DNA from: an uncultured Verrucomicrobiae bacterium
GTDB taxonomy: Bacteria > Verrucomicrobiota > Verrucomicrobiia > Chthoniobacterales > JAFAMB01
Assembly: GCA_963837955.1 (NCBI GenBank)
Contig: CAWIPH010000002.1
Location: 3,069,175 to 3,133,174, forward strand
Reading direction: 5' to 3'
DNA: 64,000 nucleotides
Shown: positions 30,203 through 39,074 of the stretch, in pieces
How the letters are laid out: every line of letters begins with the position of its first letter
Position numbering within the stretch: the stretch's first letter is position 1
Program-made: the position numbers and the translations under genes
The notes under the pieces: model-generated
Seen by the model: the letters and a program-made list of their open reading frames with translations, nothing else
Database searches by the model: none
Told to the model about the DNA's origin: nothing

Positions 30203-30583
30203 GTGATCGAGCTTCTCGGCATTGCTAAAGTGCTTGGCGATCCAACTCGCGTTCGCGTTGTAGCCGTCTTGCGGCACGGAGAGCTTTGCGTGTGCGAGCT
30301 CGTGGACGCTTTAGGCATTAGCCAGTCTTCGCTGTCCAGTCATTTACAAATTTGTCGTCAGGCAGGAGTGCTGACCACGCGAAAGGAAAGTCGTTGGATT
30401 TACTACTCGCTCTCGACCCGCTACTCACAGCTGATTAAGTGCATCTTCACCGAGTTACAGCTTGGCAGCGACGAACAATTACGCCGAGACGCAAAGCGGC
30501 TCAAAAAGAGGCTGCAGCTGCGGGAAGGAGGCCGATGCGTCGTAGGATTCGGTCAACCGGAACTGGCAGATGTCCTCGACTAA
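30203..30583 (+). CDS. ArsR/SmtB metalloregulator with alpha3 ELCVCEL site
   Basis: LGDPTR, ELCVCEL, SQSSLSSHL and WIYYSL. Confidence 0.92.
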   Translation: MIELLGIAKVLGDPTRVRVVAVLRHGELCVCELVDALGISQSSLSSHLQICRQAGVLTTRKESRWIYYSLSTRYSQLIKCIFTELQLGSDEQLRRDAKRLKKRLQLREGGRCVVGFGQPELADVLD

Positions 30584-31808
30584 GATAGTTGTGCCAGAGC
30601 GTGCGGCTCCCGCTCTCCATGAAATCGAGCGGGGAATGCTGCTTCCTAAGTGTCGCAAGTGCGGTTGCATGAAGGAAGCCTTGGACGCCGCCAGGCGCAC
30701 CTTTCGGAACGCAGAGGAACCGGAAATCCGCGGTCTTCTTCCAACGATCGAAGGGCATGAGACCGCGATGGAGCCGATCGCTTATGATTGCATTGGCTGC
30801 AAAAAGTGTTGGGGTGCTGATGCAATTATTCAGCTGGCCAATCGTTTTGAGCAAGTCGCACTGAGCGAATGTTCTAACGATGGCAGCGACGGTGGTACCA
30901 AGCGTGAGCACATATCCACTACCACCAATGGGCCGCATGAGTGTTCTTGGCCACCTCATCCAGGTGAGTACATCGTTGGCAATCCCGCAGGCTCAATTGC
31001 GATCTGCACCCTCTCTAATAGGGAGCTGCCACAGAAGCTTATTGCTGTGGCAGGACCCGACCTAGCTATTGCTGGCCGATGCGACACGGAAAACATAGGT
31101 ATTGAGAAAGTGGTACTCAATGTGTTGGCAAACTCTCGGATTCGTTGGCTCATTCTTTGTGGAGTCGAGGCACCGGGACATCGGGCCGCAGATGCTTTCC
31201 TACGATTGAAGGAGCGAGGCGTTGATCCGAACATGCGAGTCCTGGAATCGGCTTCGTGGCGACCGATACTGAAAAACTTGACTTTGTTCGACGTGGCCAG
31301 ATTTCGGGAACAGATCGAACTGGTAAATTTGATTGGAGTAACAGCTGTCAGCAAAATCATCGAAGCTGCCAGCGAAGTTGCCAAGAAGCCCGCCCCGACA
31401 CTCAGTCTCCAGACACCGGACAGCTCCAATCAAATTGCATCTCGGGTTAAACGGTTAAAGGCTGCTGCCCCGAAAACCTTGCATCTCGACAAGGCCGGAT
31501 TTTTTGTTCTTCTCCCCCAAGCTGCGACCGGTGTGATTGTGTGTGAGCACTACGAGAATAGTGGCCGCCTGGCGCACGTGATCGAAGGATCTCAGGCCGC
31601 GCTAATCGCCGCGACGGTAATAGAGCGCGGACTGTTAACGCAGCTCGATCACGCAGCTTATCTCGGCCGTGAGTTGGCGAAAGCAGAAATTGCACTGAAG
31701 ACTGGCTCGCATTACGAACAAGATGCAGCCTTGGGCCTCCTGCCTTCGAAAAACAGTCAGCGTACTGAACGGTGCGAGGATTTGGACTGTTCTTGCCAAG
31801 AACCATAG
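30570..31808 (+). CDS. Cys-rich N-terminus + MtrA-like (corrinoid-binding) domain + DUF4346-like domain protein
   Basis: WPPHPGEYIVGNP and CDTENIGIEKVVLNVLANSRIRWLILCGVEAPGH match the MtrA signature; LDKAGFF...DHAAYLGRELAKAE..YEQD matches DUF4346; CRKCGC, CIGCKKC and C-terminal CSC. Confidence 0.8.
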   Translation: MSSTKIVVPERAAPALHEIERGMLLPKCRKCGCMKEALDAARRTFRNAEEPEIRGLLPTIEGHETAMEPIAYDCIGCKKCWGADAIIQLANRFEQVALSECSNDGSDGGTKREHISTTTNGPHECSWPPHPGEYIVGNPAGSIAICTLSNRELPQKLIAVAGPDLAIAGRCDTENIGIEKVVLNVLANSRIRWLILCGVEAPGHRAADAFLRLKERGVDPNMRVLESASWRPILKNLTLFDVARFREQIELVNLIGVTAVSKIIEAASEVAKKPAPTLSLQTPDSSNQIASRVKRLKAAAPKTLHLDKAGFFVLLPQAATGVIVCEHYENSGRLAHVIEGSQAALIAATVIERGLLTQLDHAAYLGRELAKAEIALKTGSHYEQDAALGLLPSKNSQRTERCEDLDCSCQEP

Positions 31809-31823
31809 CCTCCACCCCACGCC

Positions 31824-32225
31824 ATGAAGAAAGCAATCATCACACTGGTTACGACCGCAGCGAGCTTTCTGGCTCCCTGCGTTTATTCTCAACAAGCGAA
31901 CGACTCAACGGCTGGAGTTGGTCGTCATCCGACGACAGTTAATGATCTAGCGTCTGATCCATCCACTTATTTAGGGCAAGTTTCGGTAGTTGGCGTCGTG
32001 GCGGCCATTAATAGTGGTCAAGGCTTTACTATCGTTGATAAGCGTGAATATGCAGCTTGTGGTCTTTCTTGTTTTAGCGAACCTGATACTCGAAAGATCC
32101 CGGTACGTTGGAACGGAGCTCCTCCGAAACTTGAGCAAACGGTTCGTATAACCGGAGTCCTCGAAAAATCGGATCGCGGGCTGGTCTTTTCTGCCCAGAA
32201 CGTCTCGGAGGCTGCTAAGGAGTGA
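31824..32225 (+). CDS. secreted hypothetical protein, possible OB fold, with CxxxC
   Basis: Signal peptide; YLGQVSVVGVV..VRITGVL pattern; CGLSC. Confidence 0.65.
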   Translation: MKKAIITLVTTAASFLAPCVYSQQANDSTAGVGRHPTTVNDLASDPSTYLGQVSVVGVVAAINSGQGFTIVDKREYAACGLSCFSEPDTRKIPVRWNGAPPKLEQTVRITGVLEKSDRGLVFSAQNVSEAAKE

Positions 32226-32728
32226 AAAGCCAGCAACAAGAAAGCATTCCGCATCTCAACCGGCTATTGGGGACAGCAGCCTTCGTCGCGGTCTTCGTTG
32301 GTCACGTACTTTATCTACGCTACCTGACGAGCCCTTCGCAAAAGGATTGGGCGGACAATTTCAATCCTTGGGCCAATTTCTGGCAAAGCTATCTGTTCAG
32401 CCAAGACTATTTCGTAAGTTTTTCTTATGCGCTGAGTGCCAGCTTTGCTGTGTGGGCTACCGCACGTTTTTTGTACTTCCGCCGACAGGCAGCGGCCGTC
32501 GGAGCGCTTGGTGGGGTTAGCCTCGTCGCGTTGCTTCCGGCAGCAGGATGCTTTCTGGTCGGTTGCTGCGGCTCGCCGATGCTACCGATCTATATTAGTC
32601 TTTTCGGCTCGAAAGCTGCTGGAATAGGCAAGCCGCTCATGGCCTTACTAACTCTAGCCTCGATTGGCGTGGGTTACCTTTACCTCCGGAGACGATCAGC
32701 GTGCAACTGCACTAATCCGGCCGGTTAG
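32222..32728 (+). CDS. membrane protein with a vicinal Cys pair
   Basis: About four hydrophobic segments; GCFLVGCCGSP and C-terminal CNC; GTGA overlap with the upstream gene. Confidence 0.7.
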   Translation: MKSQQQESIPHLNRLLGTAAFVAVFVGHVLYLRYLTSPSQKDWADNFNPWANFWQSYLFSQDYFVSFSYALSASFAVWATARFLYFRRQAAAVGALGGVSLVALLPAAGCFLVGCCGSPMLPIYISLFGSKAAGIGKPLMALLTLASIGVGYLYLRRRSACNCTNPAG

Positions 32729-32772
32729 TAGTGCATGTCTCACGGGACTCTGATTCAAACGGTGGGAGCAAA

Positions 32773-32994
32773 TCACTCAGCTGCGCAGCATGTGCGATTC
32801 TCTCCCTGCATTGGTGGACACTTCACCGAACCGTAGGAGCAGAAGACGCAGCAATCACCCGGTTTGGGGCGTAGTAGCGTCTTACAACTGTTGCATTCGT
32901 AGAAGAATTGGCACGCGTCAGTCGGCATCGTTTCGCGTTTAGCGAAACCGCAGACCGGGCACACGAGCACGGATTCAAGAAGAACGTTGCTCAT
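32773..32994 (-). CDS. GDCCVxC domain protein
   Basis: CPVCG, MPTDACQFFYEC and PGDCCVFCSYGSVKCPP. Confidence 0.9.
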   Translation of the reverse strand: MSNVLLESVLVCPVCGFAKRETMPTDACQFFYECNSCKTLLRPKPGDCCVFCSYGSVKCPPMQGENRTCCAAE

Positions 32995-33002
32995 TACCGA
33001 AT

Positions 33003-33296
33003 TCAGTTGTGCAGAGTGGAAGGATAACCTGCATCGGAAGTCGCTTTGCTAAGTGCAGCCGGGCTGGCTTTCTCCGGGTCAAAGGTAACACTGGCAGTTT
33101 TTTGGTCGAAATCCACCCTGGCGGTGGTCACGCCCGGCACTTTCTCGAGTGCTTTCTTAACAGTGATCGGACAAACCGCGCAGGTCATATTGTGCACGTC
33201 CAGAGTAATGGTTTGTAAGGTTCCAGCGAATAGGCTGAAAGGGAGGGCGACGCCGGCGGCGCTCAGCAGGACGAAACGGTTCATAAGCAATTTCAT
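33003..33296 (-). CDS. merP: periplasmic mercury-binding protein MerP
   Basis: Signal peptide; MTCAVCPITVKKAL and DAGYPS. Confidence 0.92.
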   Translation of the reverse strand: MKLLMNRFVLLSAAGVALPFSLFAGTLQTITLDVHNMTCAVCPITVKKALEKVPGVTTARVDFDQKTASVTFDPEKASPAALSKATSDAGYPSTLHN

Positions 33297-33676
33297 AGCG
33301 AATAAAATAGAGGGGCGATCCAGGGTACGGCGATCAGACCAAAAACTAGAACCGTAACGATCCAGAACGCTAAGCGCTGGCGTTTCAACGTGCGCGGATT
33401 GGCACAGGCCGATCCGGGTAGACAGATTCGAGGTGCCAAATAGAGACTATAAAACGCGAAGGCAACAAACAGCAGCGTTAGTCCGATGAAAATTGGCCGA
33501 TAAGGTTCGAGCGCAGTTAGAGAGCTGATCCAGGCCCCGCTTACCCCGAGCGTAAGCAAAACCAGCGGACCGAGGCAGCATAGTGATGCTCCAAGTGCCG
33601 CAAATATCCCAGCCACCAGGAAGGCGTAACCGCTTCGGGTAGCAGACTTCTTCAGTTCAGAAACTGATGGTTTCAT
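33293..33676 (-). CDS. merT: mercuric transport protein MerT
   Basis: ASLCCLGPLVLLTLGVSGAWI, LEPYRP and CLPGSAC loop. Confidence 0.92.
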   Translation of the reverse strand: MKPSVSELKKSATRSGYAFLVAGIFAALGASLCCLGPLVLLTLGVSGAWISSLTALEPYRPIFIGLTLLFVAFAFYSLYLAPRICLPGSACANPRTLKRQRLAFWIVTVLVFGLIAVPWIAPLFYSL

Positions 33677-34432
33677 TCAGCTTTGAGCAGGAGATTTTAT
33701 CGCGCAGCAGTCTGGCGTAGCTGTTTTAGTTTTCGCTCCATCGTCGTCGTCGACTTGCGGGCGAATACCCTTTGCGAAGGCTTCCTGCAAGGCAACGACC
33801 CCCCTTTCGTCGAGACTCTCATGTGCGACTACCGACAGCTCTTCGGCGATCTGCTCTTTCTTACATCCTGGATCTGAATCGTTAAGGTTGCCAATGAATC
33901 GGCGCTCGAAAACGTTCGCCAAGCCGGTCTCCAAGGCTTTGGCTTTTTCTTCCGGCAACGCGATCTTCGTCTGAATCCGGCGAACCAGTCTTGCGGCAAT
34001 AGTCCGGGCCTCCAGCTTACTGAGGCTGTCTACTTCAGCGCCGCGGTACCAGGCATTGCGGGAAACGAAACTCTGTAGTTCGGTCTCACGACCTTCGCCG
34101 TCCAATTCCCGAGCCGTTGCCCCATTCTTTTCCACGACGGATTGAACAGCTTTGTTCCGCGACTCTCGACTGGATCCCTCACTCCCGACAACGGCTAACA
34201 CTGTTCCCGAGCCGTTCAGCCAGGCCTCCATGATGATGGGCTCACCCTCCAATTCCAGCAAAATTGGCTTGGAACGGCTGCCGCAACCGATCGCCGGCGC
34301 TGCCTCACATCTCAACGGCACTTCGAATAGACTGATGCGGTCTGCCTCGACCGCGATTTTGGTCCCTTCGCCGAAAACCGACGAGACGCCCAGCAAACTT
34401 ACCAGCGCCGTTGTTACTATCGTTTGTTTCAT
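33677..34432 (-). CDS. secreted hypothetical protein with CxxxxxxxC and C-terminal CC; first gene of the mer operon
   Basis: Start reassigned to MKQTIV, downstream of the MerR promoter; CEAAPAIGCGS and PDCC. Confidence 0.7.
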   Translation of the reverse strand: MKQTIVTTALVSLLGVSSVFGEGTKIAVEADRISLFEVPLRCEAAPAIGCGSRSKPILLELEGEPIIMEAWLNGSGTVLAVVGSEGSSRESRNKAVQSVVEKNGATARELDGEGRETELQSFVSRNAWYRGAEVDSLSKLEARTIAARLVRRIQTKIALPEEKAKALETGLANVFERRFIGNLNDSDPGCKKEQIAEELSVVAHESLDERGVVALQEAFAKGIRPQVDDDDGAKTKTATPDCCAIKSPAQS

Positions 34433-34454
34433 AGGATGAATTTGTCGATGACCC

Positions 34455-34486
34455 ATGCTACGCTCCGTACTCGGGTACGGTGTCAA
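34455..34486 (-). promoter_or_regulatory. MerR-type promoter/operator
   Basis: TTGACA-CCGTACCCGAGTACGGAGCG-TAGCAT: 20-bp spacer carrying the classical CCGTAC-N4-GTACGG mer dyad. Confidence 0.92.
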
Positions 34487-34875
34487 CGGCTATTTGATTC
34501 AGTGAGCGATTCGATGACCGGACACGGCTGATAGCCTTTACGTTTTGCGCATTGTTCGAGAGTCTTAGTCAGGACTGACTCGATCCGTTGAAGCTGGCCG
34601 AGTTTTTCCTGAACCAAGTTCAGCTTTTCCGCCGCAAGTTTTTGAACCTGCTCGCAATCGGCACTCGAGAGCTCCAGCAGCGCGCGGATATCGTCAAGCG
34701 AGAATCCTAGCTGCTGAGCACGACGGATGAAACGCACTCTTTGCAAATCTTCAGCGCCGTAGGAGCGTGTCCCTCCATAAGGCTTCTGCGGAAGCTCGAG
34801 CAGCCCGATCCGCTGATAGTATCGGATAGTCTCGACGCTCACGCCGACCGATCTCGCAAGTTGGCCAATTCGCAT
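34483..34875 (-). CDS. merR: Hg(II)-responsive regulator MerR
   Basis: VETIRYYQRIGL and LGFSLDDI; three Cys in the MerR positions (DC..., QC, PCPVIESL). Confidence 0.88.
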   Translation of the reverse strand: MRIGQLARSVGVSVETIRYYQRIGLLELPQKPYGGTRSYGAEDLQRVRFIRRAQQLGFSLDDIRALLELSSADCEQVQKLAAEKLNLVQEKLGQLQRIESVLTKTLEQCAKRKGYQPCPVIESLTESNSR

Positions 34876-34957
34876 ACTTCAGTGATGCAGGTTCTCAATA
34901 TCTTACTCGTTTCATATCGTCGGGAAGCATCTTTTCCGCGACGATCGCAAAGAATCT

Positions 34958-35569
34958 TCAATACGTTGGGAGCCGAAAGGCGCCGGTTTTCATTAAGATG
35001 AGGACCCCTAGCCCAATCAGTACGAAAGGGACCACGCGGTGGGCATGATGGCGAATGGGTGCGCCCAGAGCCCGATGACTCACGAGCCAGTGAGCAGCGA
35101 GACACCAGAGACCGGTCATAACCGCGAACACGATCACCATTGCGGACACCTCATGACCGTTCCGGGTGGCAAAAAGAGCGGTATAGACTGCCAGGTTATC
35201 TCCGCCGTTCGCCATCGTCACCGCCGCTACTGCCAAGCTTTTGCCGAATGCTCCGGTGCCGGAAACGGGTTGCAAATCCTCTTTCTTGTTCTCCTTTCCG
35301 CGCCATAGGTTGGACAGTTTTTTGGCTCCAATCGCAATCGGAATAAGGCCAAGCAGACCGATGTATGCCGGGGGAATTACTAGCGAAATCAGCGCTGCGA
35401 TGGCACTCACTGCACAAAGCGCGCTAACACCGGCATACTGGCCGATAACGACATCGCGTACGCGGAAGCTTTTATCGGCCAAGAAGCCAACCAGAACGAA
35501 CGCGTCGTCGATATTTGTCGACGCGAAGACGACGATAGCAAGGCCGATGAGGCTAAGAGCTGATTCCAT
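34958..35569 (-). CDS. cadmium resistance transporter CadD family
   Basis: STNIDD, VIGQY and ANGGDNLAVY. Confidence 0.88.
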   Translation of the reverse strand: MESALSLIGLAIVVFASTNIDDAFVLVGFLADKSFRVRDVVIGQYAGVSALCAVSAIAALISLVIPPAYIGLLGLIPIAIGAKKLSNLWRGKENKKEDLQPVSGTGAFGKSLAVAAVTMANGGDNLAVYTALFATRNGHEVSAMVIVFAVMTGLWCLAAHWLVSHRALGAPIRHHAHRVVPFVLIGLGVLILMKTGAFRLPTY

Positions 35570-35902
35570 TTGCTATGGGACTAGCACTCCGATCACGCGA
35601 GAGGCTGCTTCCGTCATCGATCTCGTCGCTCCGTAGTGAAGGTGCCGAGTCGCCAAGAACTTCTTGGTGCCACAATCGCAGTTGGCACTGAATTTTAGAA
35701 CTCTTCTTGTGACGCGAGGTTTAATTTTGTCGTCCGAGATTAAGATCCCTACCCCACTCAGCACTAAAGACTGGCGCGATCTAAAGCCCAGTAAAGAATT
35801 GCTAAATTTTAAGAATGCGAGTGGAATTAACCCGTGCCTTATGTAACAAACTTTGCGCAGCTTTTGTGCGACCCTATCGACACGGTGTAAATCGGGGGCA
35901 TC

Positions 35903-37048
35903 ATGAATCATGAGACCGCGCTTTCGAAAGCAAAAGAGATAGCTGATGGTGTGCTGGCCCCGGACGCCAGGCAGAACGATAAGGAGGGCCGGTTCTCGAC
36001 CGAGGCTATTGATGCGCTCGGGCGAGCCGGGTTTCTTGGGCTCACGCTGCCGAGAGAGTTCGGCGGTGCGGGTCTCGGGCCACGCACATTCGCGGCCGTC
36101 ACCGCGACACTTGCCGAGGCGGACGCATCAGTCGCGATGGTCTATCTGATGCATATCTGCGCCACCGCGATGATCGCCTCGGCTCGACCGGACGCCGCCG
36201 TTGCGCAGATGCTGAAAGAGATTGCCACCGGCGGGCATCTATCCACCCTCGCCTTCAGTGAGTCCGGCTCACGCAGTCACTTTTGGGCGCCTGTCTCCCG
36301 CGCCCGCCGGAATGGCACGAGCGTGCATATTACGGCCAAGAAGTCGTGGGTGACGAGCGCTGGCTGCGCACAGAGTTATGTGGTCTCTTCGCTCGCGCCC
36401 GAAGGGAAAGGTCCTCTCGATTCGACGCTCTATCTTGTTCCAGCAGGCGTTCGCGGGCTGTCAGTAGAAGGCTCCTGGGACGGCCTGGGGCTGCGGGCCA
36501 ACGCCTCCGCTCCAATGATGCTCGATGATTGCGAGGTGCCATCCGGGCTCCAGCTCACGGACGACGGCGCAGGTTTCCAGGCCATGCTGGACGTGGTGCT
36601 CCCGCAGTTCAATTTGGGCGCGGCAGCCGTGGCGCTAGGGCTCTGTCGCGCCGTGGTCGCAGCAACAGCTAGGCATCTCAAGAGCGCTCGGTTCGAGCAT
36701 CTGGGCCAGAGCCTCGGAGAGAGCTTGCCGACATTGCGTGCGCAGCTCGCAACGATACAGATCGACACCGATGGCCTCTCGGCGCGCGTCGACGACCTGG
36801 TGGAGCACCTCGAGCGGCCTCGGGATACGACACTGCTACGTGTGCTCGAGACCAAAGCCGCCGCAGGCGAAATCGCCATCAGCGTCACCTCAACTGCGAT
36901 GCGGATGTGCGGGGGTGCGGCGTTCTCGAAGCGCATGATTATCGAGCGACTGTTCCGCGATGCCCATGCCGGTGCCGTGATGGCGCCGACGGGCGACGTC
37001 CTGCGAGAATTCATCGCCAGGGCGGTCCTGGGGATGCCGCTCTTCTGA
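35903..37048 (+). CDS. acyl-CoA dehydrogenase-family flavoprotein (Rv1679/FadE16-like)
   Basis: LAFSESGSRSHFWAP, KSWVTSAG, GLRANAS and ERLFRDAHAGAVMAPT; subfamily recalled from memory. Confidence 0.8.
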   Translation: MNHETALSKAKEIADGVLAPDARQNDKEGRFSTEAIDALGRAGFLGLTLPREFGGAGLGPRTFAAVTATLAEADASVAMVYLMHICATAMIASARPDAAVAQMLKEIATGGHLSTLAFSESGSRSHFWAPVSRARRNGTSVHITAKKSWVTSAGCAQSYVVSSLAPEGKGPLDSTLYLVPAGVRGLSVEGSWDGLGLRANASAPMMLDDCEVPSGLQLTDDGAGFQAMLDVVLPQFNLGAAAVALGLCRAVVAATARHLKSARFEHLGQSLGESLPTLRAQLATIQIDTDGLSARVDDLVEHLERPRDTTLLRVLETKAAAGEIAISVTSTAMRMCGGAAFSKRMIIERLFRDAHAGAVMAPTGDVLREFIARAVLGMPLF

Positions 37049-37148
37049 CCGCATACGCATAAGAGTAACCGGACCACATGGGCTGATAAACCACTTATCG
37101 ACCGGATGATCGTATTCGGTCGCAACGCATTCTAACGAGAAAGCAATC

Positions 37149-38003
37149 ATGAGCCGAACAATCTGGCTAGGCGCCGTCGCGTACGATCCGAAGGTGGTCA
37201 CGATCTGGGAAGGCATGCGACGCTACTTTCACGAAGAGGCGCGCCTGTCAGTAGAGGTCGTGCTGTTTCAGAGTTACGAGGCGCAGGTAAGCGCCCTGCT
37301 GGCCGCGCCGAGCGATCCCAGCCCGCGAATTGACATCGCCTGGAATACAAACCTTGCGTATCTACAGGCCGACGCGTGGAGCGACCATCGCTGCCGGGCG
37401 ATCGCGATGCGTGATACCGATATTGCCTGGACGACCAAGATCGTCGCGGTCAACGGAGGTCCAGTCGCTGCGCTTGCCGATCTTGGAAATCGAACCTTGG
37501 CGCTCGGCAGCCGCGACAGTGGCCACGCCGCGATCCTCCCGGTTCATTTTCTGGAGCGCGAAGGCTTGGTCGAGGGGCAGCACTACCGCGCGTTGCGTTT
37601 CGATAGCGACGTCGGCAAGCATGGAGACACTGGTACGAGCGAGGTCGAGGTCGTCCGCGCGGTCCTCGACGGCCGCGCCGATGCCGGCGCAATCGGCAGT
37701 CCGTTCTGGAGGAGAGTGCGCAGCGAGCGCTTGGTGCCGGAGGGCGCACTAACCGAGATCTGGACGTCGCCGCCCTACAATCACTGCATGTTCACTGCTC
37801 GACCCGATCTAGACCCTTCATTGGAGCAACGGTTCGCCGAAGCCCTGTCCGGAATGAGCTACGACAACCCGAGCCACCGCGCCGTGCTCGATGCTGAGGG
37901 GCTCCGGCGCTGGGAGCCGCCGCACCTCGATGGGTACGACTCTCTGCGGCAGGCGTCCGCACAACAGGGTTTCTTCAAGCGCCCGATGCCGACAGAGGCG
38001 TGA
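37149..38003 (+). CDS. PhnD-like solute-binding-fold protein without signal peptide (Rv1680-like)
   Basis: GAVAYDPKVVTIW, DIAWN, AMRDTD, VGKHGDTG and HCMFT. Confidence 0.75.
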   Translation: MSRTIWLGAVAYDPKVVTIWEGMRRYFHEEARLSVEVVLFQSYEAQVSALLAAPSDPSPRIDIAWNTNLAYLQADAWSDHRCRAIAMRDTDIAWTTKIVAVNGGPVAALADLGNRTLALGSRDSGHAAILPVHFLEREGLVEGQHYRALRFDSDVGKHGDTGTSEVEVVRAVLDGRADAGAIGSPFWRRVRSERLVPEGALTEIWTSPPYNHCMFTARPDLDPSLEQRFAEALSGMSYDNPSHRAVLDAEGLRRWEPPHLDGYDSLRQASAQQGFFKRPMPTEA

Positions 38004-38036
38004 ATTCACGTTTGAGCCTCCTTCTCTCGTCAGCTG

Positions 38037-39071
38037 TCACGCGCAATTGAAGATCGTTGCCAATCGGCGCCGATGCTCGCTTTCGCGCTCGAAGGCGCGA
38101 CGTATCGCAGCGAAGGACTCGGCGAGCGGAAAGATGTTGGGGGTGATCAGCAGATCGGCGTCCTCGGCTCCTACTGGATGCCAGTAGACGCCCTGCGCTG
38201 TTATAGTGACCTCAGGCACCAAATCAGCGCGTGCAAGTGCGACGCCCTCCGTGGCAGAACCCCGCAGTGCAACGCGGCGGATCACCCGGTCCTCCTCGCT
38301 AATCCGCTTTTCATCGAGAAAGCGACTGAACTCCTCGGCCTCGTGGTCAGTGGAGACGGTCGCTGCCAATCGCACCCGGAACCCTTCCGCGCGAGCGTGC
38401 TCAATACCTTTCCATGCACGCACCCATGTGCCCTTTCCACGATGGCGGTCGTGCCGTTCGGGCGTCGGACTGTCGAGGCTGATCTGCAACGTCAAGCGAT
38501 CGCTCGGCAATGAACGGAGCGTTTGAAGCCGCCGCCCCTCGAGCAGCATACCGTTGGTGAGGACCGTCGTCGGCGCGGTGGCGGCGCACGCAGCCAGGAT
38601 GTCGCCGATGTCCGCAAGCAGAAAGGGTTCGCCGCCGGTCACGAAGATTTCGCTGACGCCGAGTTCGGCCGCTTCGCTGGCGATTCGTTGCACACGCACG
38701 AGGCCAAGCTCCCGCCGCGGTACTTTGGGCGAGGAGCGCACGCAACAATAGTCGCAATGCAGGTTGCAGTCGAAATTCGTGTAGAGCCAAAGGCGCGAGC
38801 CGACAGGGCGATCGGCGTCGGCATTCGCTGGAGCCTCCCCGCACCGGATCACCCACCGCGTGCGGCCCGCCTCGACAGTCCTTTCGACCAAGGTGTTGCG
38901 CGTAAAGCGGCACCAAGCCTCAAGGTCGGCCCCGAGACCCCCTTCGCTGCTAATGACGGCCAGGAGATCGCCCGGGCTACATCGGCGCAGTGCAGCAATT
39001 AGTTCGGGCAGCAGGCCGGTGGCAAACGATTTAACGCCGGCGTCGAGCTCAATGTTCGCTTTGATTCGCAT
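38037..39071 (-). CDS. radical SAM enzyme with an N-terminal TusA/SirA-like domain (Rv1681-like)
   Basis: CNLHCDYC, TGGEPF, LTNG and QISLD; N-terminal LDA..GDLL..DLEAWC pattern. Confidence 0.85.
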   Translation of the reverse strand: MRIKANIELDAGVKSFATGLLPELIAALRRCSPGDLLAVISSEGGLGADLEAWCRFTRNTLVERTVEAGRTRWVIRCGEAPANADADRPVGSRLWLYTNFDCNLHCDYCCVRSSPKVPRRELGLVRVQRIASEAAELGVSEIFVTGGEPFLLADIGDILAACAATAPTTVLTNGMLLEGRRLQTLRSLPSDRLTLQISLDSPTPERHDRHRGKGTWVRAWKGIEHARAEGFRVRLAATVSTDHEAEEFSRFLDEKRISEEDRVIRRVALRGSATEGVALARADLVPEVTITAQGVYWHPVGAEDADLLITPNIFPLAESFAAIRRAFERESEHRRRLATIFNCA

Positions 39072-39074
39072 ACG

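Noticed and set aside
30570-31808. Calling the gene hgcA or evidence of methanogenesis
   Set aside because: It lacks the HgcA N(V/I)WCA(A/G)GK cap-helix motif and TM domain; there is no hgcB and no other mtr subunit.
32773-32994. Selenocysteine recoding in the GDCCVxC protein
   Set aside because: All motif positions are Cys codons; there is no in-frame TGA in the domain.
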